From assembly GCF_006345805.1 (NCBI RefSeq), contig NC_043002.1:101742001-101806000 (forward strand): a stretch of 64,000 nucleotides of DNA, given 5' to 3'. The stretch comes from Octopus sinensis (Eukaryota). Of the stretch, positions 28,096-38,274 are shown piece after piece. The translations under genes and the position numbers were made by a program. A model generated the notes under the pieces. The model saw nothing but the letters and a program-made list of their open reading frames with translations. It had not been told where the DNA came from and made no database searches. Every line of letters starts with the position of its first letter. Within the stretch, counting starts at the first letter, position 1.

Positions 28096-29404
28096 TGGGA
28101 TACATAGAAACAAAATTATATTCGCAACTTCAAGAAAAGTTAAGTCACGACGTCGCCACCTACATTAATAACAACTGGAAACGTTACCTAGACGATTGTT
28201 GCATCTTTTGGGATAGAAACCAAAGAGACCTGCAAATATTCCATTCCGTCATAAACTGGATTCATGAAGGAATACAATTCACCATGGGATGTAGTAGAAA
28301 GGAACCACCATTTCTGGATATCCGTATTATTAAAGAAGGGGAAACTATCAAAACAGATTTATTTTACAAATTAACAGACACACCAATACTTAAATTTCCG
28401 ATCAGCACACCCCTCACATAGCAAAAGGAACATTTCCTTTAACATGGTAAGATGCATCTGCACTATAGTAACACAGATCACACAACAGGAAAAAATATTA
28501 CATGAACTCTTCTTGTCAGGTATCCTAGATGAACCAACTTCACGGCAGGAGGTGCAGATGAGGGCAGCTGCATCGAACTCTCTCATGCACCAAATGGCAG
28601 TTGCTAAAAAGCATTCGGGAAGTAAAACCATGTAGCAACACCAAATGGCGGTGCCCCAGCATGGCCACAGCTCGTGAGCTGAAAATAGAATAAATCAATC
28701 AATCAATCAAACTAAAATGGTCCTTAAAGACAAGAATATCCGATTAGCCTTCTCAATACAGCCATCGTCAAGGCCCAGAACATTCCAATGACAACACCGA
28801 GAAAAAACAAACCAAAAAAATAATAAAGAAGACAAAACAGTCGTCCCTTTGTCGTCACTCGCAACCCAAGGAACTCCAACATTGTGAAAGTCACCAAACA
28901 ATAGCTCCCAATTCTCCGGCAATCCCCCTAAATGATTGCTCTCCTAGTAGACGCCAAGCACCGAACTGAAAAAAAAAATATTCTCACCAAGGCGAAATTT
29001 ACATCTAACATTGAAACGATACAAATTAAAAAATACGAGAATCCTCGATGCGGAACTTGAGAATGCATTGAAGAGGATGGGAAAATCTCCTTTAAAAACA
29101 ATGAGATGTTAGAATTGCAAAAAGGAAAAACTTAATTTACTGTACAGCTTGCCCACAGTGTAAAGAGCAGTATATTGGTGACCCAGGAATGGGGCTATAC
29201 GGCAGAGATACTGTACACAAGCAAGAAATTAGAGACCCCCACACCCCACCTCAGTGAGAAACACTACTTGCAGTGGACACTTAGCGTCGTGCAGAAAGAG
29301 AAAGTTCACAATCTTCCCCTTTAAGTTATGGTCGGAGAACGAGCCTTTCCTGAAATATTAAGAATTCTTCTTCATCAGGAGATACAAACCATTACTGAAC
29401 ACAT
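28095..29404 (+). mobile_element. Penelope-like (Neptune-type) remnant: RT C-half plus GIY-YIG
   Basis: MGYIETKL...WKRYLDDCCIFW...PFLDIRI...TDLFYKLTDT, HPSHSKRNISFNMVRCICTIV, linker PRCGT, CPQCKEQYIG, FFIRRYKPLLN; multiple disablements. Confidence 0.9.
28520..28710 (+). mobile_element. SINE-like 3' fragment inserted into the Penelope ORF
   Basis: GGCGGTGCCCCAGCATGGCCACAGCTC tail motif, like the family-2 tail, followed by (ATCA)n; interrupts the RT thumb region. Confidence 0.55.
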
Positions 29405-29454
29405 AAAAAAAATGATATTCCGCCCTTCCACACAACAAACAATGGGATCCTCTC

Positions 29455-29487
<33 letters not shown>

Positions 29488-29545
29488 TTATAAAAAAGAG
29501 GTTTGAAAACGCCACTATATGAGATAAATTTTAATTTTCTTAGAA

Positions 29546-29593
29546 ATTTTACATGTTTCGGTTCTTCTTGAAAAAACGAACCTTATCAAAAAT
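29546..29593 (-). ncRNA. Minimal type I hammerhead with U3-A8 core variant (family D)
   Basis: AUUU-UUGAUAA-GGUUC-(13 nt)-GAACC-GAAAC-AU-GUA-AAAU; stems I and II perfect, palindromic ACAUGU. Confidence 0.6.
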
Positions 29594-29760
29594 ATCTTAA
29601 AAAGTTAAGTATAATAAAAAAAAGTTCATAATTGTTTCTTACTGGTCTCAACAGGATCCACATGGTGGTGTTTTTTCGGTAGTAAGCTTAATAGCTGTAA
29701 GTTTAATGTTGAGTGTAATAAAAAAGTTCATAATTGTTTATAATTATATATATATAAAGT

Positions 29761-29970
29761 TAATCCAAACATGAAAACACAAAAAGAAAACACAACAACG
29801 CGGGGACGTGGAACAAATATAGTATTATTGGAAGCTCAGGAAGGAAGGGAAGAAGGAGGGTTTAACGTTTCGAGCGGTGCTCTTCGTCAGAAACATAGGA
29901 AAAGGAAAGATCCAAAGAAGGGAAGAGTGAGGAAAAAAATCGCCAACGGTACACACGCGGTCACATTTTG
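29761..29970 (-). mobile_element. Short HHR-bearing repeat, family C (Penelope pseudo-LTR-like)
   Basis: Purine-biased (+) segment carrying a minimal HHR on the minus strand; bounded by (TA)n. Confidence 0.55.
29860..29894 (-). ncRNA. Minimal type I hammerhead (family C)
   Basis: GUUU-CUGACGA-A-GAGC-ACC-GCUC-GAAAC-GUU-AAAC; 35 nt, extra A after A9, palindromic AACGUU. Confidence 0.7.
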
Positions 29971-31527
29971 AATATATATATATATGTCCAAATAGAATTG
30001 GATGACACCCAACTTTTTCAGCCATTTGATCGTTGAAGAGCGCAATCCTCAGACGTAAACTACCATTTCCCTCACTCCTCTCCACGCAATGTACTTGTGA
30101 ACTTAAATAATTGAGTAGTGTATATGTGTGCATGTGTAAATGGGTATATGTGAATATACGGGTGTCATACATGAAAACGCACATGTGTGTATACGTGTAT
30201 GTATACACGTGTGTAGGTATATATGTGTAAATATGTATATGCACATAGTTACCCACGCGTGTGTATTGTTTTCTGCCTCGTATGCGTCCGTATATTTGCA
30301 TCCATTATTATCATCATCATCGTTTAGTGTCTATATGGAAAATGGACATTGGGTGCCGATGATGGTGGTCGTGGATGCGTGGGCGGAGGTGTGGGGGCAT
30401 GTGAGCTGGAAGGAATATTTGCGTGTGGGGGTTTGTGTAAATGTGTGTATATATGTGTATGTATATACATGTGTATGAGTATGTAGGTATATATGTGCGT
30501 GTGTGCGTACATACAGGTTTATATATATGTGCGCGTGTGTGTATGCAAATGTATATACCTATGTGTATACATATATATATATATATACATGCATGTGTAT
30601 GGATGCGCATCTATATGTGGACGCATATATGAGTATATTCGTGCATGGCTGTGCGTATATATGTGTGCGTGTGTGTGTGTGTATATGAGTTTATCTATGC
30701 AGGTGTGTGTGTGTGTGTGTGTGTAAGTGTATATATATATATATATTGTGTGTGTGTGTGTTGTGTGTGTGTATATAGAGAGAGAGACAGTGGGGAGAGA
30801 CAGATGTAAATATATATTTTGTGTATTATATGTAGGGAAGTAAATATGTGAGCTAGCATGGTATTCCCATCTCTCCTCCCAAACCAAAATATACATCAAA
30901 AACATTTCTATAAACCAACATTTTTATCAAAAGACATGTATCTTACACTTCATTAACACCACCATTCCAGACACACACCTTAAACAGAAAATTACTAAAA
31001 GAAAGTATTTGGAAAAAAACATCTGACCATTAGATTTCTGACCAAAAGTCAACTATTCAAACGGCTTCATAAGACACTCGTTTTAACACCTCCACCAACT
31101 CCCAACCCCATCCCCAATCATGTCTTTTGTGTTAACCATTCTCTACTCTCTTTCAGCTATCATTCATCAATAATCTTTTTTACTCCCACACTGATTAGCA
31201 AACCCCAACCCCACTCCAAATACACCTAGCTCCCAAATATAGAATCACAAAGCCCCAGAGTCTCAGATCTGTTTGACAACGAATGCGAGGAAGTTCTCCA
31301 AAAATGTTAACAAGGATTTTTTTTAGAAGTCTCCCCAGCTAAATTAACAAAGAACTAACTCGATCTATGAACTAAAGGGTAAAATTTATATTATTAAAAA
31401 ATAACAAATTAAGCTGATTAGAACTACCATTGAAGTTATTCATCTATTTCAAATATATCTAACTCTACCAAGGATCTCACACGTTTTCAAATACATACAT
31501 ATATATATATATATATATAATATATAT

Positions 31528-31564
<37 letters not shown>

Positions 31565-31617
31565 GAATTTCTATATGCATGTATATATATATATATGAAT
31601 TTCTATATGTATGTATG

Positions 31618-31650
<33 letters not shown>

Positions 31651-31937
31651 TATATATATAGATGAGAGAGAGAGTGGAAGAGACAGAGAAAGAGGGTGAG
31701 AACGAGAGAGAGAGATAGGGAAGTGAAACAAATAGAAACAGCGTAGTGTAATATCTAGAGCCATAAACACACTACAGAAAATATATTCTATTAAAGAATA
31801 TAGCGTGATATAAGATTTAAAAGCGACTATCATAAAACAGCTCTTAAGAGCAATGGTGATAATACAATGTTTACACGCAACGACATTAAATACTCCGTTT
31901 GATTTCGTTATACGTCGTGTAAATTCAAATTACTCAC

Positions 31938-32060
31938 TGAAATTGTATGAGATTGCAAGTCGAAGAGTAAAATTTTACACTTGGCACCGTTAAAGCAGAT
32001 TTGTAGGCCCAGTGGAGCAGAAAGAAGAAAACTTCCTTGCAAAGTATAGGGTGAGAAAAT
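31938..32060 (-). CDS. Candidate internal exon (123 nt)
   Basis: Long polypyrimidine acceptor CTTTTTCTTTTTCATCATTTATTTGACAG| and donor CA|GTGAGT. Two frames are open (IFSPYTLQGSFLLSAPLG... or FSHPILCKEVFFFLLHWAYK...). Confidence 0.4.
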
Positions 32061-32334
32061 CTGTCAAATAAATGATGAAAAAGAAAAAGATTTACATATA
32101 TACATATATGCTATGACACCTCTATGTTTGTACACATACACGCACATACATATTCATGTTAACTCTGTGCGTGTGTGTGTGTGTGTGTGTGTACATATTA
32201 AAAAAATATGAGTTAAGGGTGAAAGTAACCTGGAGGCTTCTTCTCGTTTATCTTCATCACAGAATCTTATAAATGTGAGCACATTAATCTTGCGAAGTCA
32301 CTGTCACCATTTTTTAAAAAGATGAATGAACATG

Positions 32335-32870
32335 AATATCTATCTGCCTGCCTGTCTATCTACCTACCTACCTACCTACCTATCTACCTACCTATCAACC
32401 TATATATCCACCTACCTACTTCCCTACCTACATACCTACCTACCTATCTATCGACCTATCTACCTACCTATCGACCTATCTACCGGCCTATCTACCTGCC
32501 TACCTACCTACCTATCTATCGACCTATCTACCTACCTATCGACCTAACTACCGGCCTATCTACCTGCCTATCTACCTGCCTATCTACCTGCCTATCTACC
32601 TGCCTATCTACATACCTATCTACCTGCCTATCTACCAGCCTATCTAACTACCTATCTACCTGCCTATCTACATACCTATCTACCTGCCTATCTACCAGCC
32701 TATCTAACTACCTATCTACCTGCCTATCTACCTACCTGCCTATCTACCGGCCTATCTACCTGCCTATCTATCTATCTATCTATCTATCTATATCTATCTA
32801 TCTATCTATCTATCCACCTACCAACTATCTAACTATCTATCTATCTATCTATCTACCTGTCTATCTCTAA
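32335..32870. repeat. Compound (TACC)/(TATC)/(TGCC) array with 12-bp and about 48-bp higher-order units
   Basis: TATCTACCTGCC repeats and a duplicated CTATCTACATACC...ACCAGCCTATCTAACTAC block. Confidence 0.9.
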
Positions 32871-32946
32871 ATCTCCCTATTTGTCTCTCACTTTCTGTCT
32901 CCCCCTCTTTAATTCCTTTGCCTCTCTTTTTCTCTCTCTTCTCTTC

Positions 32947-33000
32947 TCACGTGACCGCTGGCCAACTATAGGCCTTTCGCTTCGGACCACCGTCGCGATA
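32947..33000. promoter_or_regulatory. Possible promoter-like motif pair (E-box TCACGTGAC and TCGCGA) in a CpG-richer patch
   Basis: Motifs seen directly; function is inference only. Confidence 0.2.
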
Positions 33001-33386
33001 ACATCGCTTTCTTCGTCTGCTGTACGGCCTTATTTTTCAAATACACTAGCTGAGTTCAATTCGTCTCTGGTTGAAAGACGCCTGTTATTATGTCCTATTA
33101 TTATTATTATTGTTTTTTTGTATTTATATTCGTGTTATTTTTTTTGTATTTATATTCGTGTAACATCGTCCGTTTTTCTGTCATTGTTTCGTATACATTC
33201 GATCCTTTTCCCAAGACATCTAGCTTAGTTTTTCCTTGGGGTTGGCCAGATTGGAGCAATCTCAAGGTTAATCAGCCGAAATTGCGAGAATGATCCGGTT
33301 CTTGACTGAAGATTAGAGGCTTTGAATGAGCCGTCCGTGTTTTTTGTATCGTATTTTTGAATGTTTTGCGTTCTTGTCCCATTTTG

Positions 33387-33423
<37 letters not shown>

Positions 33424-33847
33424 CTGCATACGTACACCTTGTTTATATATATACATACATACATACAAGCATTAACGATATTATGGAGTATGGCGGCTTG
33501 TACATTAACAAAATTTGTTTTATTGTTATTTACACCATCTGCTGCAAATAATTATCAAATGAAATTTGTGGATGTACAAGCCTCCATACACCTTTTTATT
33601 GTTAATATTATTAAGCTCTCCAAGGAACCTTTACAGTCCTGAGTAGAACACACGAATTAGTCAATGGAAGAATCCACCAAATGACTTATTGTAGATACGG
33701 ATACTGGACACTGAATGTTGTGGTTAACCGGCATCTGGAACCAAAATGTGAGCTATCACGGTATTCGCCTGGGTAAAATATTCCTCCAAACTCACTTTTA
33801 TATATACAGACATACATATTTATATGTGTGTGTGTGTATAGATATAT

Positions 33848-34152
33848 CACGTGATCACGTGACCGACCAGACCATCAGATGTTGTTACACATCGCTGGTC
33901 ACAAGGCGTTCGCATTGTTTTAGCCTTCGAATGACGCCACCCCGCTGGCTAAGCGAGCAGACCAACAGAAGAAAGAATGGGAGAAAGAGTGGTGAAAGAG
34001 TACAGCAGGGATCACCACCCACTGTCGGAGCCTCGTGGAGCTTTTAGTTGTTTTCGCTCAATAAACACTCACAACGCCCGGTCTGGGAATCGAAACCGTG
34101 ATCCTGCGACCGCGAGTCCACTGCCCTAACCACTAGGCCATTGCGCCTCTAC
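33848..34152 (-). mobile_element. tRNA-derived SINE, head family 1, tail type A, with 12-bp TSD
   Basis: GTATAGATATAT at 33836-33847 and 34153-34164; tail ends in tandem CACGTGAT. Confidence 0.9.
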
Positions 34153-34818
34153 GTATAGATATATATATAGATATATACATATATACACATACATACACAA
34201 CCAAACGGAGAGACACACACACATACATGCGTACATAGGAATCTAATTGAAGCTGCTCCCCTTTATTGATACTCTATTGTTAAGTGCAGTATGTCGAGGT
34301 TATGGTAGTGTGGTCAATGCAAACACATGTATATATTAGTACTATTTCATGCATCGAGTCGTTGGTTTTGTACCGTCAATGTTAGCTCTAGCATATTTAT
34401 GGGAGATAGTTTACGGAACTCAAAATATCTACAATATATATATATGGTGGGTATATATATATATATATGTGTGTGTGTATGGTGAATACAGAACATCTTT
34501 TAACAATTGATCATAATATCGAAATATCACTTGCTTTAAAACAACCATGTACGACCAATCAATAAGAAGCATTACTATCTAATCGATTACTATCTAATCG
34601 ATAGAGACTCAGTGTTTCGAACGGACTTAATGGTGTAGTCTGTGTGTGTAAGGGTTGAGTCTGAGAATTCTCCTTCTGTTAGTTTATGCTTATGAATGCT
34701 TCCACGCATGCGCTGCCCTCAGGTTTTTGCGAAATATAGGTATGTATTTTACTGTATTTGTATTTGTGAATATGTATTTTCATTGTTCATCGGTGGATGT
34801 ATATTTATATGAATGTGC

Positions 34819-34873
<55 letters not shown>

Positions 34874-34911
34874 ATTTATATACATATATATATATACATT
34901 TATGCATATAT

Positions 34912-34964
<53 letters not shown>

Positions 34965-35045
34965 CATACATATATATGTATATATATACACAAACACACG
35001 CACACACACACACGCACACACACACACCACACACACACACACACA

Positions 35046-35092
<47 letters not shown>

Positions 35093-35318
35093 CTTTATTT
35101 AAAAGCAGCAGAAATATAACAAAAGCTGTTACTCAGAGTTACGTGTTCCCGTTCGTCAGACAGTTTTGTTAAACAAAATTGTCCGACGAACGGGAACATG
35201 AAGCTCTGAGTAACAGCTTTTGTTATATTTCTGTTGTTTTTAAATAAAGCATATTACTCTACCTCTGGTATTTGAGTACTCTTCTTTCCACCTTGTTTCA
35301 CATATATGTGCTTAGTCC

Positions 35319-35320
<2 letters not shown>
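35093..35320. mobile_element. Foldback unit, family E, with two degenerate HHR motifs facing outward
   Basis: Inverted repeat 35093-35249 centred near 35171. HHR-like motifs at 35126-35163 (-) and 35179-35216 (+), each with core substitutions. Confidence 0.7.
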
Positions 35321-35350
<30 letters not shown>

Positions 35351-35358
<8 letters not shown>

Positions 35359-35739
35359 ATATAGAGGGCATTATTATACATACATGCCACACGCTACGAG
35401 GGACATTTGTCATTTCTACCAAAAATTTTACTAATCCTACCCAATGCAATTTTTTCAAAGCAAGACATTTAAGAAAATGAATTTAGTCTTGTATCACCTG
35501 TGATTTCGTACTTACCGCATTTGCGACCGTAACCGCAGTTGCGTCTGTCCTCATCAGCAAGACTGATTCTGAACATAAGTACGAAATCACAGGTGATACA
35601 AGACTAAATTCATTTTCTTAAATGTCTTGCTTTGAAAAAATTGCATTGGGTAGGATTAGTAAAATTTTTGGTAGAAATGACAAATGTCCCTCGTAGCGTG
35701 TGGCATGTATGTATAATAATGCCCTCTATATATAAATTA
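35351..35739. mobile_element. Foldback unit, family B: identical 164-bp inverted arms around a 61-bp spacer
   Basis: 35351-35514 is the exact reverse complement of 35576-35739 by eye. Confidence 0.9.
35485..35564 (-). ncRNA. Type I hammerhead ribozyme (family B)
   Basis: AGUCUUG-CUGAUGA-GGAC...GUAC-GAAA-UCAC-AG-GUGA-UA-CAAGACU; 7-bp stem I, AUA cleavage triplet. Confidence 0.75.
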
Positions 35740-35853
35740 ATATGTTCAATAAGAAAGAATTATTTTCGAAATTTTTCTCTTATGAGGTTTTTCACGCTAT
35801 CTACCTGATAATTTCTTGTTAAGATTCCTTAGTAGGAGGTTATCCTTAATTGT

Positions 35854-35906
<53 letters not shown>

Positions 35907-35963
35907 GATAGATAGATAAATGAAAGAATGGAGTCGAACGACGATTTAACAAAATTCCTTTAT

Positions 35964-36044
35964 TTTCGACACATGTTTCGAAGACTGCATATTCTTAATT
36001 CTGAAGGAATAAAGGGTGCATTATGCCGCCTTCTCATCAGGAAA
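35964..36044 (-). ncRNA. Type I hammerhead ribozyme, family A
   Basis: UUUC-CUGAUGA-GAAGGC...GUCUUC-GAAAC-AUGU-GUC-GAAA. Confidence 0.8.
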
Positions 36045-36384
36045 GACAAAGAACTTATGTCAGCATCATGACGAACAAAAACTTTTAGATGACTGCCCAC
36101 ACGGAGTCCAACCGTGCTTTCTGACGTAAATTTGCTACCCGGGGATCGGTTAACCAAATTATCCATACTTTTAGATGACTGCCCATACAGTGTCCATCCG
36201 TGCTTTCTGACGTAAATTTGTATATATATAAATGTTTAAGTAGTTGAATGAATTATCCTAGTATGGACAATTCGGCTAACCGATCCCCGGGTAGCAAATT
36301 TACGTCAGAAAGCACGGTTGGACTCCGTATGGGCAGTCATCTAAAAGTTTTTGTTCGTCATGATGCTGACATAAGTTCCTTGTC

Positions 36385-36465
36385 TTTCCTGATGAGAAGG
36401 CGGCATAATGCACCCTTTATTCCTTCAGAATTAAGAATATGCAGTCTTCGAAACATGTGTCGAAA
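36385..36465 (+). ncRNA. Type I hammerhead ribozyme, family A
   Basis: TTTC-CTGATGA-GAAGGC...GTCTTC-GAAAC-ATGT-GTC-GAAA, readable directly on the + strand. Confidence 0.8.
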
Positions 36466-36550
36466 ATAAAGGAATTTTGTTAAATCGTCGTTCGACTTCA
36501 TTCTTTCATCTATCTATCTATCTATCTATCTATATCTATCTATCTATCTA

Positions 36551-36598
<48 letters not shown>

Positions 36599-36646
36599 AT
36601 ATAATATATATATATATATTATATATATATATATACATACACGGCG

Positions 36647-36757
36647 TGGAGGCGCAATTGCCCAGTGGTTAGTGCAGCGGACTCGCGGTCGGAGGATCAC
36701 TGTTTCGATTCCCAGACCGGGCATCGTGTGTGTTTATTGAGCGAAAATACTGAAATC
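36647..36757 (+). mobile_element. 3'-truncated SINE, head family 1
   Basis: TGGAGGCGCAATTGCCCAGTGGTTAGTGCAGCGGACTCGC...GTTTCGATTCCCAGACCGG. Confidence 0.8.
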
Positions 36758-37555
36758 TGTTGATGCCTGACAACGGGCAATCCTCCCCTCGTGAAGGGCA
36801 CAGTGATGGCACGCTGATTCTGTTTGGAATCTATTATGTTTCTGCAATGAAGGAGACAAACAGAAGTTGCTTTCGAGAAAAATTTATTTTACACACATAT
36901 ATGAATTAAACATGTCGGTCAATAAAAAACGTGTGAAAAGCATTTTCAAAGTGTTCTTTGCATCTCAACACATTAAGCAAATAGCAATAACTGTGCAAGA
37001 CTATCAGAAATAATTCTGAGCAACCTACTTACATGCCTCGGTTACCTGACACACCAAATTTATGTCGATGACCTACAGGTGCAGAGTTACTTCAGGCCTG
37101 TTTGAATCCATCGATTTTGTCTTTTTAAAACAATTTTCATAAGAATAATCAGACTTACTCGTCAGTTAACGTCGGATAGGTTTGCAATTTGTTTAATAAA
37201 ATAAATATTCTGTTTTGAGTGTCACCTGATTCTTGATTGACTTCTGAGACAATTATCATAAAGAAACGTGCGGGAAGGTTTCACTATAGACGCTGAAAGA
37301 ATCACAATAAGCGAAAGCTGGATAAACAATTAATAATAATAATGATGATGGTAATGATTTTTTTATTAACCACAAGAGTGTACATTCAGAACAAACATTA
37401 TGGACAATACAGGACAAAACAAAGAATGTGAGTGCGTGATGATTAAATAAATCAACAATATGTGATACTCAATACGGAGATGTTCGAGGGCTGCTCATAA
37501 AAAAACCATAGGTACCCTGTGTAATGAATCAGGTTTTTTTTCTTTACATTCTTCC

Positions 37556-38155
37556 AACTACAGGCGTATGCGGAGGGCAGGCTCGCTCACATGCACCATT
37601 CTCGCCATTTTCATGCACATTTCAGCAAATTGGTTAGAAGACAACATTTCCCTCTCGACCCTTATTTTCCTTTTCAAGCGAAACTTGAATAAGTTGACAA
37701 AGATTGGCCAAAGAGAAAACTGTTTGCTTTCAGCCCCTTCAATCTCGTCCACCATACAACCTCTTTCGTCATGGCCACCTGGCATATAGCACAGCCTTTC
37801 CTTCTCGGTTGAAGGAAGGCCACAGGACGATCTTCACGATGGATCCATTTTACAACCAGATCTGTCCCACACGTGACTGCAAGGGTTCGACATAAAGCCA
37901 GAGGTCTGCAACCCTCGGGTACTGGACGAGTTCATGTAGGACCGTCTCGTCGTTCTGCGCGCATCCCAGACATGCTCAACTGACGGCACTTCTGTGCCTG
38001 TAAACAAGCAAAGTTCCTCGGTAGCACTGCCAGGCCAGAGATTTTGGGAAATTATATATCGGTCCGAGGCTGAAAGTTCTCCGGATAAGAGCGACGAGCT
38101 GATCTTCTTCGACGCCCAAAGTCTCTCCAAGAACGTCGTCGTACGTTTCCTCCAC
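37556..38155 (-). mobile_element. L1/Tx1-clade LINE ORF2 3' remnant
   Basis: GC-rich patch. Frameshifted translation SLAWQCYRG..., CLGCAQNDETVLH...VADLW, KEVVWWTRLKG fits the L1/Tx1 C-terminal zinc-knuckle region. Confidence 0.7.
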
Positions 38156-38214
38156 TAATCATATATAATATGCTAAAATTGACGTTCCACCAATCGCAAT
38201 GTCCGTAATAACAA

Positions 38215-38274
<60 letters not shown>

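Larger units (their letters stand above)
35916..36513. mobile_element. Head-to-head inverted pair of family A HHR elements with an internal partial duplication
   Basis: About 250-bp arms with a handful of differences; 36167-36220 is a direct copy of 36081-36134; flanked by (TA)n/(TAGA)n. Confidence 0.9.

Noticed and set aside
35960-36469. Repeated 68-73 aa ORF (...VGSHLKVFVRHDADISS...) in three copies
   Set aside because: Recurrence is explained by repeat identity; no protein motif is recognisable.
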